Below are positions 39,118 through 52,450 of a DNA stretch of 64,000 nt, piece after piece (position 1 is the stretch's first letter; every line of letters starts with the position of its first letter). The stretch is from Takakia lepidozioides (taxonomy: Eukaryota > Plantae > Bryophyta), in the NCBI GenBank assembly GCA_030704615.1, contig CM060732.1, positions 15,872,001-15,936,000 on the forward strand, given 5' to 3'. The translations under genes and the position numbers were made by a program. Below the pieces are notes generated by a model. The model had not been told where the DNA came from. It saw only the letters and a list, made by a program, of their open reading frames with translations, and ran no database searches.

Positions 39118-42100
39118 TCAACGCGGTGCATGAATAAAGTCATCAATAGTCACGTTCATCCTCAACCTCTTCAGGTAAATGTAATACAGATGCTTGCACG
39201 GATCATACTTCGAACCCTTCTTTGCTTCCACCCAACGAGAAGTCCGTACAGTTGCAAGTCGGCTCCACTCCAATCGTAATTGTGTATACATCGTCGCGTA
39301 CAGCCGAGCCGGCCGTTGCCATCCGATACACACGCCCAGGCCGGGTGGGGGTAGTCCCGAGCTCTGAATATTGGAAAGCCATTCCCATAGCATTGGCAAT
39401 ATCCGAGTCTCATTCACTTGTTGGAAGAGCATGGCAATCCGAGTCTCATTCAACTTGTTGGGAGGGTGTCGTCTCTTCACTCTTCCGAATCGCATTGTGG
39501 GATGTGCAGAATTGTACAATCCGTCTCTACTGGAACGAGCAGTATGCAATGCTGGGTCTGAGGAACCGGAAATGCGTGGGCCGGATTTTGTCTGTGCGTT
39601 GTGCACCATTCGAAATCCTGTGCAGATAGAGCATCCGCCTCATTCTGAGAGAGGCTTGACAACCGGTGAAAAGGCAACAGGCAGCGCCGGAGGGCTCCGG
39701 CATTCCCTGAATCCCGTACTTGGGCTTGCCAAATACACAGGTCCATTATGTCGTGGCCCTAAAGAACCAAAAGTCTGCGTTGTGGCGTGAGCAAATGGGG
39801 GAGTCAAAAAATCGCGCTGAAAAAACCCATGAAACAAGGTGCAGGTACAGCACCGTGTGGGTTCCTCCGAACATCTCACCACAGCGTGCTCTCGTATCCA
39901 CCGGATGGCGCAACACTGCCCTCGAAATGCCGGCAATGTCCTCGCAATTCTCCACTGTGACCGACACTCTTGTCTCCACAATGGAATGTTGTATTGCTTT
40001 ACTACTCGTTGTTGCCGGGGCACGCGCCTGCTCAAAGGTCATGGCGATCTTGAACGCAATGCAGGACTTCCGTTGCTCGACGAGACCTCCTCGGACAACA
40101 TCACCGGACCACGAGGGAGCGTGCGAATATTCTTGTCAGCTCGTCATGAATCCTCGTCTCCGCCAGGTGCCTCGTCAAGTCTTCGTCTCACTGGACGGGT
40201 ATGAACATCTCCTTCCAAATGTTGGCCTCTTCGCAACAATGGCGTGTCCCGAAGGCCCTCTCGCAAGGCCGCCGCCCACTTCCGAGGATTCTTCGATCTG
40301 GAGGCAGTCCGCATCAGCATTTCCTGCCTGTCCGGCCCCAACCCCACTGTTTCCCTTTCAAGAACTCGTTGTACCTGCATTGCTGCATAATTGACCTCAC
40401 AATGTCCTCCGTTGTGGCAGTGAGGATGTCCACCAGATGCGCCGCAGAGGAGGCACGCCAGGAAGAGTGCACTGATTCGGCCATGTTTGTCGTGGGCATG
40501 TCGGTGTCGGAGTCGAGACACATTTCCTGCACAAGCACATGTTGAGGTTACAAAGCAAGTTACAAATATGGCCAAGAATAATATCCAACGGACGCGAATT
40601 CGTGCAACTCACCTCCCGCATATAGTCGCCGAACTGGAGGAAACGATAATGCCACCATGCTAGCCACTGACCATTGCTCCTTCGTCTGATTTCCTTACAA
40701 CACCTGACGATGTCCACCAAGCCCTATGCATGCAACTGTGTCTCTGCATCATCCCAAGGTGGGAGCGCGCTTCCACGCAAGGCACATGGAACGGTGCTCC
40801 TCTCTGAATCTGGCGCCACGAGCCTGGTGTGTACTGCGAAAGGCTCTGCAGAAAGTGGAACCCACAAGATCTCTCCTTGCCTTCCATGGGAACATTGGGG
40901 GTCTGCCCGTACACCCTCGGATGGTCAGCCCAATTTGCTTGTGCGTTGTCCGCCATGAAACCACGGAAATTGGGAGGGGGCAATCCCGCCTGGCCATCTG
41001 TTCGTTATTCCCTGCCAAAGAAGCATCTCCGATTGTGTGTCCTCTCCTTTCATCTCACAAATAGCAATTGTCATTAGCATCCTGCAGTGGTGTCGTAGAC
41101 ATGTGCACCCATTGTCACCCACTGGTGATTGTAATTCGCTTGATATGGTCGAACATGACCCAACTGTTTGACAAGTTCCCACTCGTCATCCTTGTCGACC
41201 AGTTCGACGCCACTGCCAGGTCCACACGTGGACATTTTGAATACGAAACAACGATCTGCCTCAGTCCCTTGTCCTGGAACCTACTTCCATGAATGTAGTC
41301 ATATCCACATCGTCGCTCACCTCCAGAATGGAGTGCATATCCGAGCCACGCCCAATTTTCTGTTTGCAAGAGACAATGTGGTTTCGGACATTCGGTGAAC
41401 ATACGTGGGACAACCGACTCGAGCAATGCCTCCATTTCCTTCTCGTCGAGAGGAACTCTATCCGAGCCGTCTTCCGACATAATTCTGGCCAATGCCATCT
41501 TATGGGCGGCTTGGAGCTGTATCTGTTTGTGGGTTTGGCACCCGTCTCAACTTAACCTCCTCCTGAACGAGCTGCTCTGCTTCGTGGGGCAGCCTCCCGC
41601 GAGTTCCCCCTCGCCAATTTGTGACAATGGGAACCAACGTGTATGCAAGCTCGGGTGAGGTCAGGGAAACGGTGCAACACATAGAACTGCTTGGCATTAC
41701 AAACAGACATGCAGTGTGGTGGTTCTTTGCAATGCGCACACTTAAATGTGGAGTTCGGAACCTTCTCCTGAGCTCGAAATGGTTGGTGAGCTGTGCCTGT
41801 CCAATCGGTCTCGTTCCTGTGACCTCTGGATTTAAAGTGGAAGCAAGTTGGGGAGAAACACCGCAACGCGCCCGCACAAACAACGTAGCGCACCCGCACA
41901 CCATCAAGCATCTTCATGCTGGTGGTTTTGGTAACGCACCAAGGATGACCGTCATGTTTTCTATCCATATCTGTCAACATTCCGGACGCCCTCGAGTAGT
42001 CCGCCCGAGGAGGGAACTCAAAGAAGACATTACCGTCGACGTCGGCGGGAAGGCATGTAACCGATTTAATTGCGAACTTGCTGTAGTCCAGCCCGGCCAG

Positions 42101-42693
42101 CTCCGACCGGTGTCCCTCCAGGTGAAGCCCTCGCAGAATTTCTAGAATAGATCGAACTGCGGTGCTCGTGCTGGGAATATGACTCCCTCCTCCACTGACG
42201 TCCATTGAGGACTTGCCTGATCTCCAGGACGACCTCGGAACTTCCATGACCTCGTCTGAGTCGGACAGGTTGTGAACAACCCGGTTCTCGGTCGTCTTCA
42301 TGGATGGGTTCGGCTCTGGATTTACTTCGTTGCGGACTTCTCTCTTTGAGGTACCCACTCTCTGATTCGCGGATTGTTTCGTGGAAGGCGCCAGGATAGA
42401 CGGTGCATTTGGCGGGCAAATGAAGTCCCCAACAGCCCTGTATATGACGCTGTCCGATGGTGGAACTCGCCATTCCCTGCCATCGCCGAAATCATCGTGG
42501 AGCACAACAATACTCTCGACAACAAGGCCGTTTGAGTCCTTCCTTTCCTCCTCCAAAAAACCGACCCCGGTTTCAGGTGGTATCGAACGCACAGATATTT
42601 CTCCATCACCCGGCAGGTGTCCCCTCTGCACGGAAATGAAGCTCTATGCTCGTGAGGAGGGCAGTACACTGTAGCGCTCGGGTTTTCCGCCAT
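39118..42693 (-). pseudogene. MULE transposase with N-terminal GCM-like Zn domain and C-terminal SWIM finger (many frameshifts)
   Basis: HDGHPW..CAGALRC..C..CAHC..C..HVGSHCH; VMFDHIKR; FMADNAQANW; CGFHFLQSL; TTNMAESVHSSW; PTCNCTDF..PCKHLYYI. Confidence 0.8.
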
Positions 42694-42994
42694 GGGAGAT
42701 GTGCACACAAGACTGCCAGGATGGCGTGCGGGGAAGCTCCCTGGTAGAAGGGGGTGCAGCGATGGGAATGAATGCGATGCCGATTTGTCCGAGCGACGAA
42801 GCCTGATCCAAATCCAGGGAGCCAACTATCTCAAAAATCCACAGTCAGAGTGTTAATGAACCTTGTCTCCGGAATGCGGCCCCTCGTCTTTGCGCAATAA
42901 CTGCCAACGGTATGCAGTCAGAAAGTGGGGGGCCGTCCGGATGATGACGGCTGAAGGGGATAAGCCGGCACCGTTGCCGTCACATTACTACCCC

Positions 42995-45810
42995 CGAATG
43001 GAAATTCGGCACCCAACATCCAACAGAGGAAGCCCGGATGAAGTCGCCTCGGGCGCAGAGGCCGGAGTGTGTGCGACAGATAACATCTTCTGGATGGAGA
43101 TTCGGCGCCGAATTTCCATCCGGTCCCCCCAAAGGGAGTCGTGTCGGGGGGTCAGGCCGAAAACTGGACGGCATAAAAACATCCCCAGATGGAAAAACGG
43201 CGCCGAATTTCCATCCGGGGCGATTCGGATGCAGTCGGGGAGGGGGGAGTGGCCTGCAGTTGGCTGTCACATTTCAACCCCCGGACGGAAATTCGGCAAC
43301 GAATATCGAACAGGGGACGCCCGGATGAAGTCGCCTGGGGCACAGAGGCCGGCCAGTGTGCGACAGAGAACATCCCCTGGACGGCCATTCGGCGCCGAAT
43401 TTCCATCCGGGCCCCCCCAAAGGAAGTGTTGTCGGCGTGTCAGAGCGAAAACTGGCCGACATAAAAACCTCCACAGATGAGAAAACGGCGCCGAATTTCA
43501 ATTCGGGGCCGTTCCAATGAAGTCGGGGAGGGGGGAGAGGTCGGAACCTGGCAGTCATATTTCAACCCCCGGGACGGAAATTCGGCACCGAATATCCAAC
43601 AGAGCGGCGGAGAGGCGGCACCTCTCCGACAGAGACCATCCCCCGGATGGAGATTCGGCGCCGAATTTCCATCCAGCAGGTAAGTGAAATCTCGGATGGA
43701 TGGAGATTCGGCGCCGAATTTCCATCCAGCAGGTAAGTCGGATCGGTGCCATATGGATATTCGGCGCCGAATTTCCATCCTGCAGGTAATTCGAATCGTG
43801 GATGAATGGAAATTCGGCGCCGAATTTCCATCCAGCAGGTAAGTCGGATCGGTGCCATATGGATATTCGGCGCCGAATTTTCATCCTGCAGGTAATTCGA
43901 ATCGTGGATGAATGGAAATTCGGCGCCGAATTTCCATCCAGCAGGTAAGTCGGATCGGTGCCATATGGATATTCGGCGCCGAATTTCCATCCTGCAGGTA
44001 ATTCGAATCGTGGATGAATGGAAATTCGGCGCCGAATTTCCATCCAGCAGGTAAGTCGGATCGGTGCCATATGGATATTCGGCGCCGAATTTCCATCCTG
44101 CAGGTAATTCGTATCATGGATGAATGGAAATTCGGCGCCGAATTTCCATCCAGCAGGTAAGTCCGATCGGTGCCATATGGATATTCGGCGCCGAATTTCC
44201 ATCCTGCAGGTAATTCGAATCATGGATGAATGGAAATTCGGCGCCGAATTTCCATCCAGCAGGTAAGTCGGATCGGTGCCATATGGATATTCGGCGCCGA
44301 ATTTCCATCCTGCAGGTAATTCGAATCGTGGATGAATGGAAATTCGGCGCCGAATTTCCATCCAGCAGGTAAGTCGGATCAGTGCCGTATGGATATTCGG
44401 CGCCGGATTTCCACTCGCCATTTATTTCTGAGCGAGGAATTACCTTCGTGCAGGTAATTCCCATATAAGAATTACCTTCGTGCAGGTAATTCGCATACAA
44501 GAATTACCTTTGTGCAGGTAATTTCCAGATGACAATTACCTTCCTGCAGGTAATTCCAATCGATGTTTATTCCTCGTCCAGAATTACCTGCACAAAGGTA
44601 ATTCTCATCTGGAAATTACCTGCATGAAGGTAATTCTTGTATGTGAATTACCTGCACGAAGGTAATTCTTATATGGGAATTACCTGCACGGAGGTAATTC
44701 CTCGCTCAGAAATAAATGGCGAATCGAAATTCGGCGCCGAATATCCATATGGCACCGATCCGACTTACCTGCAGGATGGAAATTCGGCGCCGAATTACCT
44801 GCTTGAAGGAAATTTGGCGAACCGCCCTACCTGCGCGGATGGAAATTCGGCGCCGGATTTCCATCCGCGCGCATCCGAATTACCTGCTTGAAGGAAATTT
44901 GGCGCACCGCCCTACCTGCGCGGATGGAAATTCGGCGCCGGATTTCCATCCGGGCGCATCCGAATTACCTGCGCGGATGGAAATTCGGCGCCGGATTTCC
45001 ATCCGCGCGCATCCGAATTACCTGCTTGAAGGAAATTTGGCGCACCGCCATCCTACGCGGATGGAAATTCGGCGCCGGATTTCCATCCGCGCGCATCCGA
45101 ATTACCTGCGCGGATGGAAATTCGGCGCCGGATTTCCATCCGCGCGCATCCGAATTACCTGCTTGAAGGAAATTTGGCGCACCGCCCTACCTGCGCGGAT
45201 GGAAATTCGGCGCCGGATTTCCATCCGGGCGCATCCGAATTACCTGCGCGGATGGAAATTCGGCGCCGGATTTCCATCCGCGCGCATCCGAATTACCTGC
45301 TTGAAGGAAATTTGGCGCACCGCCATCCTACGCGGATGGAAATTCGGCGCCGGATTTCCATCCGCGCGCATCCGAATTACCTGCGCGGATGGAAATTCGG
45401 CGCCGGATTTCCATCCGCGCGCATCCGAATTACCTGCTTGAAGGAAATTTGGCGCACCGCCCTGCCTACGCGGATGGAAATTCGGCGCCGGATTTCCATC
45501 CGGGCGCATCCGAATTACCTGCGCGGATGGAAATTCGGCGCCGGATTTCCATCCGCGCGCATCCGAATTACCTGCTTGAAGGAAATTTGGCGCACCGCCA
45601 TCCTACGCGGATGGAAATTCGGCGCCGGATTTCCATCCGCGCGCATCCGAATTACCTGCGCGGATGGAAATTCGGCGCCGGATTTCCATCCGCGCGCATC
45701 CGAATTACCTGCTTGAAGGAAATTTGGCGAACCGCCCTACCTGCGCGGATGGAAATTCGGCGCCGGATTTCCATCCGCGCGCTTCCGAATTACCTGCGTG
45801 AGGGAAATTC
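42995..45810. repeat. Mirror-symmetric palindrome array
   Basis: Core ATGGAAATTCGGCGCCGAATTTCCAT. Left arm has a 106-bp (2x53) period at ~43650-44410; right arm has a 275-bp higher-order period at ~44780-45800 in the opposite orientation. Central inverted repeat around a 24-bp spacer (44557-44580). Confidence 0.95.
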
Positions 45811-46718
45811 CGGGACTGTTTTCGTCTATTTTCTTCCGACATGGAGGGCTTCATCCGACATTTAATTGCGCAGTTGGGCAATAAATGTCGACGGCCGTCG
45901 CTTATTATTCGGGCTGGCGACGCATGGCTTCCTGGACACGTACCCTAAATCTCATGCTATACTTGGCTTAACATGGTATTCCAGGCATGTACCCCAAAAA
46001 AGGAGATCTTTTTGGCTGGGACTTATGCCGCCTGAAGGGCGTGGCTCTCCTGAGAGAGACCTCAGATCCAGACCGCGGCGGAAGTTGAAAGCTCTGTACT
46101 ACGGACGACGGCCAATCTCTCGCATGGCCAAACTGAAGCTCCAGCAGGAGATTCCAGTGTCTTGCTCACAACCTGCGCCAACTGAAGCCGAGTACTCTCA
46201 GGCAAGCCACTTCTGCTTTCGGTTTGTTCGATTTCTTTTTTGCTTTCGCTTCGTTACCTCGCTTTGTTTCTGCATCTTCATCCTGGCTTTGCTTTATGAG
46301 TGAACTTTAGATAGTTGACTGAACCTTAGATTGTTTGCAATGCGTGTGCAAATCCGGCAGCTCTGGAGAAGGCTGCTTGTGCATGTCATTCTTAGGCAAT
46401 GGTTGCATTTGTTTTCATTGTTGTTGCATGGCTCTCCATACTTCCTAAACTTGTTATGTTTTCATTTTTGCTACATGATTGCTGCTATGGTGGTTGCGCT
46501 GCTGCTTTTTGCACCACTGTTGGTGTTCACGATTTTTGTCAATCACAGAGTGACGACGAGCCCGGCACGCTGGTGGTATCATCGACAGCTCCAACTCATC
46601 GCATGTTTGAATCGCCCAACTTGGGGCGAGAGGGCAAACTTAAATCTTTTGTTGGTGGACGGGAGGACTTGCAACGAGATTACGATAGAGTAGGCATTGG
46701 GGAGGTTGGTGCAGGCGG

Positions 46719-49700
46719 CATGGCAGGTGAAGGGCGTGAGGACATGAGGACAGCAGATCCGGCAATGGAGGTTGTTCATGCACATGCAGTAGGGCCCGCC
46801 CACGCAAAGAAAAAGAAGAAAGCTAAGCACATGCAATCCCCGGCGAGAGAGCAGTCACGGGCTGCGGAGGGGGGAGTGAGCAGTGCGCGCGAGGGTGTCA
46901 GTTCGCCTCAATCAAAGGTGGTCGTCCTGGAGGGCTCCCCTGTTGCTAGCCCTAGTAAGAAACAGAAAGCCCGTGAGAGGGCAAAAGAGAGGGCAAAAGA
47001 ACAGACGAGACAGAATGCTAGCAAGGAGGAAAGACAAAAGGCAGCTGAAGAGGCCCGGGGTGCCCAAATGACAGATGCCAATGTAAGCGAGGGACACACA
47101 GAGACGGTGGATCCCTACAAGACACCACAGAGAGGCAGTAGCACACCGGTTAGACCATCGCGGGCAAGTGCAGCCCCCGCAATTACCCATACGGTGGAGA
47201 GTGGAGGAGAGGAAAGAACACCTGAAAGAGCACCGATTGTGCAAGTTCGAGGTGAAGCCAGGGAGAGGGCAGTAGAGACGACGAGAGTGCTGGAGGTGGT
47301 TTCGCAGGTGGCTGACCCTGTTGAGGAGGACGACATGGATGTTTCTGACCAGGATGACATTCTCCCGGACATCCCCAGGCCCCAAACCCGGAGCATACAG
47401 GCTGGATTTGGCGGTCTTGGTGGGCTGCCGGAAAACCCCTCTGCAGCAGACGTCATGTCTGAGGCGGATATGAAGTTGGCCGCTGCCAAGATGTTGGAGG
47501 CAACCCACAGCAACATTGGCAGGGTGCTGGGGGGCATGGTGTACCCGGCCAAGCTTCGAATTCCCCTTTGCCGCTTGGTGTCATTGCAGGTGGTGAGACC
47601 TGCCCTCCCAGGCGATATCGACAAGCTGAAATTCTCTTTCCGGGATGGATATCGAATGGGGTCTGCCGCCTTTTACGTTTCCATTGAGAACGACCACGGA
47701 GCTTCCCGTGCCCACACTTCCGATGAGGTGGACAAATGGGGTCCCCATTGGCAAACGCGAAATGAGGAGTTCGAGAGATCGATTGCTAGTGATCCTCTTT
47801 TCCAGCACATGTCCGGTAAGATGTTCTACGTGTGGGACGGCAATCATCGCCTCCTGGCATGGATGGAGCACATTGCCCAAGCCCACCCCAACGATCTCGA
47901 TTGGCATTTCGCCGTCGATTGTGTTGTGCTGAAGGTTGCGGGGCCCAAAGATCGCAGTCTTCTCAAAGCTGCAATGGCCGACATCAACTCGTAAGCTACA
48001 ACCCCTCTCGCTTTTGGACTTTGAATTTGGAAGTCATTTCATTGCGAATCCTCATATATGATGAAAATTCCCATTTCAGTATTGTTTGATGGAAATGTGG
48101 CACTGCAGGGTGACTGAGAATGCCTTCATTGCCACCAACTTGTCCCATATGCTCTTCCGAGTGAAGGATGTCGGGAGGCAGGGGGTGGAAGAGTTTGCCA
48201 ATTCCCTCAGTGCCGACCTCCTGCGCAAGTCGGAGGCAAAGGCAGACAGAACCTGGTATAGGCTGAGCGTCGACGCCATGGTGGACTACATATTTCGGGT
48301 AAAGCTCCTGCAGTTTTGTTGAGCTAATTTGTCTCTCCTCCCCCAATAGAAGAAATTGTGTTGAGCAGGATCTCTAATCTTATGTGCTGCTTTTCGACAG
48401 ACGAAAATACAGCAGGATTTGGCACATGCGCGGAGGTTCTACATGGAGTCAGAGGAGAAGAATCCAACCCTCCCGGAACTCGAATCGTATGTCAAAGCTG
48501 CGGAGGTGAGGGCCCGCATAAAGTACAAGTCGCGGATGGTAAAGTACGTGGCCATAGCTGATCCCGCCCTTGGTGCCGACTTTCTGGTGGAGGTGGGAAA
48601 GCACTACTCTCGCGCTCTGAAGCCCACGATGACATTGGAGAAGCTCCATCGTCTAGCCACATCCTGTGTGGATGCAACAGAAAAGGTGATACATTCTTAA
48701 CCAAATTGTGGTGGCAACAACTCCTTTTTGTGGTGTTTGGCGCTTACGAATATGCTGGGTGGTTGGACAGACCCGGTGGCTCCAAATCTGGAATGGTTCC
48801 CAAAGTACCAGGGACATGTGGAGCTTCCCCAAACCGGACAAACTCTCTGACCCCACATTCGACATGTGGATGAACCGCATGACATGGTGGTTTCAGGTAC
48901 TTCCCCACGCTTCGTTTGGGGCTTGTACTCTAGTAGGGGGTTGATTCATTGTATTTTTTGAGGAAAGCGATCTGATGGACAATCTCCACAGGTGACGACG
49001 AATGCGCAAGAGCAGCTGGACACACAAGCACATCAGTTCAAGATGGAGATATCTCCTGCAGCAGAGAGCCTGCGTGACTATGTGACGAGGTACTTTCTGC
49101 TCTACAAAACCAACCTATTCTTTCGGGAGATAGCAGATGCTCGCCGGAGCCACGAGTTCACCGACCAGCCGAACGCGGACAAAGCAGCAATGCGCCTTCT
49201 GTACAGGTACATACGCGCTGCCTTTCTTTCAAGTCCTGGCATTTCAGGATGTTAGAGGCCTAAGTGGTGTTAGGGAAAATGGCGCCGAATTTCCAGTCAG
49301 GGCTCCGAAAATGGCAAAGTCCCTAGACTGGCTGGCCCGGAACTGGAAATTCGGCGCCATTTTCCAGTTCCAGGCCCTATTGCCGTTCAGGGACTTAGCC
49401 ATTTTCGGGCTAAGTCCCTAGTGTGGCTGGCCCGGAACTGGAAATTCGGCGCCGTTTTCCAGTTCTAGGCCCTATTGCCGTCCAGGGACTTAGCCATTTT
49501 CGGGCTAAGTCCCTAGACTGGCTGGCCATGAAGTGGAAATTCGGCGCCATATTCCAGTTCCAGGCCCTATTGCCGTCCAGGGACTTAGCCATTTTAGGTC
49601 TAAGTCCCTAGGGTGGCTGGCCCGGAACTGGAAATTCGGCGCCGTATTCCAGTTCTAGGCCCTATTGCCGTCCAGGGACTTAGCCATTTTCGGGCCAAGT

Positions 49701-52450
49701 CCCTAGACTGGCTGGCCCTGAAGTGGAAATTCGGCGCCATATTCCAGTTCCAGGCCCTATTGCCGTCCAGGGACTTAGCCATTTTCGGTCTAAGTCCCTA
49801 GGGTGGCTGGCCCGGAACTGGAAATTCGGCGCCGTATTCCAGTTCTAGGCCCTATTGCCGTCCAGGGACTTAGCCATTTTTTGTGTAAGTCCCTAGGGTG
49901 GCTGGCCCGGAAGTGGAAATTCGGCGCCGTTTTCCAGTTCCAGGCCGTATTGCCGTCCAGGGACTTAGCCATTTTCGGGCTAAGTCCCTACACTGGGTGG
50001 CCCTGAAGTGGAAATTCGGCGCCATATTCCAGTTGTAGGCCCTATTGCCGTTCAGGGAGTTAGCCATTTTCGGACCTCATTGGGTTTTTCATGAATGCAG
50101 GTACTGTAAGTTCTCGCTTTTGGAGAAAGGTCATCTGTCTTTCGAGCCACCATTCTTCCTGGCATGGAGGAACCCTGGGGCTGACTCCATGTACACTGAC
50201 GATATTGTGAAGGAGTGGCATCTGGAACATTTGCGTGATTGCCCTTGGTATGTGGACCTTCCGCCCGGCTCGCTCGACCCATCCGAGTTTCAATTGAAGC
50301 TGGATGCTGAATTCCGACGAAACCGGGCTCCGCTGCCTCCGTTGGGTGCAAAAGAGGCAAAAGCGCTTGCGAACTCCAGGAAAGCGGCAGAGCTTGCTCA
50401 GGCAGGAATTCAAGAGAAATTGCATGAGAAGAGTAAAGGTCAAAGGAAAAGGACAAGGAAACAGGTGACTGCAGTAACACCCAAAAAGAAGAAAACCATC
50501 GGGGCATCGGAGGAGGCGCAGGAGGGGACCCAAGAGAGTGACTCCGACGCCGATTTTGTTCAAGGTCCTGCGACTGCTGTTGCTCCTACCCAGTCACCGG
50601 TCGTCCGGGTTCCCAAGTCAGTTCGGAGTGGGACTGGCTCTGCCAAGAAGTTGGCATTTGAGGGCGAGCCTACACGGCGGTATTCGGCGGTGACGTTTAC
50701 GCACAGGCCAAAGCTAGAACCTCCAACCATCATCCAATGCGTCAATGAGAGCTTCCTTGACGCTCTCGCTGCCAGGGCGAAGAAGGTGGCACACAACAAG
50801 TCTCTGGCGGAGCAGAAGGGAAAAGCCAAGAAGAGGGCTGCCGGTACAGAGCCTAAAGACACCCCTGGTTTTGAAGCCATGATGGAATTCTTCACGGCTG
50901 TGAGCACGAATTGCAAGAGCACTCGGGGGGGGTTGAGGTGGAGAGAGCTTGCGACATGATTCTCCTCGACATTCCAGATGGGGAGCTGCTGGAGGGCCTG
51001 GATGGTGTGCCCACCTGGAACAGGTTTACTGAGGACTACTGGAAAGCCGGGTTTGGGCTGGCGGGGATGCTTCTGGATGACGGTGGATGTGTGGTTGTCC
51101 TTGCCACGAGAGGGAAGACCACAGAGAATGCGGTGGCAAGGTGGACACCGAAAAGTGTCACCCCGGTCCTCCTCAGAAAATGGTTCTGCATCAGTACGCA
51201 GGGGTTGCGAACAGAGGGCCAAAGTGTAAGTTATCAATCTATTGCATTCACTTCATATTGTGGTGTATGTTAAGTAGACCCTGGAATTGATCCCTTCTTT
51301 GTTGGATGTGCAGACATTGGTGTTTGAGGCATATTGCTTTGTGAAGAGAGGGTCTACGTTCAAATTCCGCAACGACGGTCGTCTTGTTGATGCCGCTGTG
51401 GACCCTGTAACCTACGATGTCCTCTACAACTATGTGCCCCACTCTAGTATGCCGAAGGACACAAAGACAGGCAAACCGTGGCGGTACAGCCGGACCCGAA
51501 GCCCTGCTTTCATCCAAACCCTCATGGAGACGTGCTCGGATGTCCAAGGGCGGATTCTGGACCTCACATGCGGCACGGGTAAGCCTTCACGTGCTCAGTT
51601 TGTCCCCTGGCCCCATTGCAATTGCATGCCGCAAGCTATTAACCGCCCGCTTTGTTCCTCAGGTGCTTCAATGTGGGCAGGGACGTTGTCCGACAGGCAT
51701 GTGTTCGCCTTCGAGCCAGATACTGCCCTCCACAACTCGGAACTTGCAGCGGCTGAACGTCTGCCGAAAGAGGAAGAGGCATCCTCGGAGGATGAGGAAA
51801 AATCCGAGAAGGAGCAGGGGGAGGAAGTTGGGATCGAGGCCGAGGAGCCCCCGGTTTACGAGTGAGTGGTGGCATTGTAAGTTGCCTCCAGATTTTGTGA
51901 GGCACCTCCCTCCGCTCTCTTATTTCATTGAAAACCCTTTCTGGTTGTGCTGGTATTGACATTCTTCAAGTGGATTTGTTCTTACTGTAGGATGCCAAGT
52001 ACTGCCGGAGGGACGTCTACACCGGAGTTCATGGGCAGGAGGAACGTGCCTTTTTTTGCCAGGGGAGATTTCATGCCTAGTCCAGAAAGGGAGTACATCC
52101 TGCCTACTTATGCTGCCCGGCTTGCTTCGGTGTCCATTAGGAGGTGTTCCGAACGTAGTCGTGTACAGCAGATTTTAGACGAGGCAAGCCTCAAGAAAAT
52201 GAAGATGAGGGAGGAGGCAGCAGCTATTAGAGCCCGTCGGGCTCGTAGATTTGTGTTGGATTCTGCTGAGGAAAGTGGGGGAGAAGACGCAGAAGATTCC
52301 CAGGAGGTGAGGTGGACAGTCCCCCAAGGAGAGGACGGGATTTTTGAGAGGCATAGTGGAACTGATGCATCACAGAGCTCGGAGGATGAGGGGGATGAGG
52401 GGGATGAGGAAGAAGGTGGGGCAAGTTCCTCGGAGGGTGTAGGAGAGTAG
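46719..52450 (+). CDS. Nine-exon gene: acidic/basic N-terminus, ParB/Srx-like domain, linker, beta-class amino (N4C/N6A) DNA methyltransferase-like domain, acidic tail; one frameshift in a G8 run
   Basis: In-frame GT-AG splicing of exons ~46719(start uncertain)-47990, 48109-48298, 48401-48685, 48771-48896, 48992-49206, 50101-51225, 51314-51578, 51663-51861 and 51991-52450. VWDGNHR at 47836; MILLDIPDG at 50956; RSPAFIQTLMETCSDVQGRILDLTCGTG|ASMWAG..RHVFAFEPD. Confidence 0.75.
49270..50072. repeat. Intronic tandem array, ~95-bp unit with 190-bp higher-order period, containing GAAATTCGGCGCC
   Basis: Period seen at 49423, 49613 and 49803; lies inside intron 49207-50100. Confidence 0.92.

Noticed and set aside
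44330-44800. Central inverted repeat as a junction of two element TIRs
   Set aside because: The real TIRs and a 9-bp TSD lie at 38282 and 52671, so it is internal to one element.
43000-45865. Long repetitive ORFs (MEIRRRIS.., WKFGAEF..) on both strands, also at 13.0-13.8, 38.5-38.9 and 49.3-50.0 kb
   Set aside because: By-products of palindromic tandem repeats; no coding evidence.
46399-52450. Bacterial contamination as the source of the ParB and MTase motifs
   Set aside because: Spliceosomal introns are conserved across paralogues and the gene sits inside a TSD-bounded MULE.
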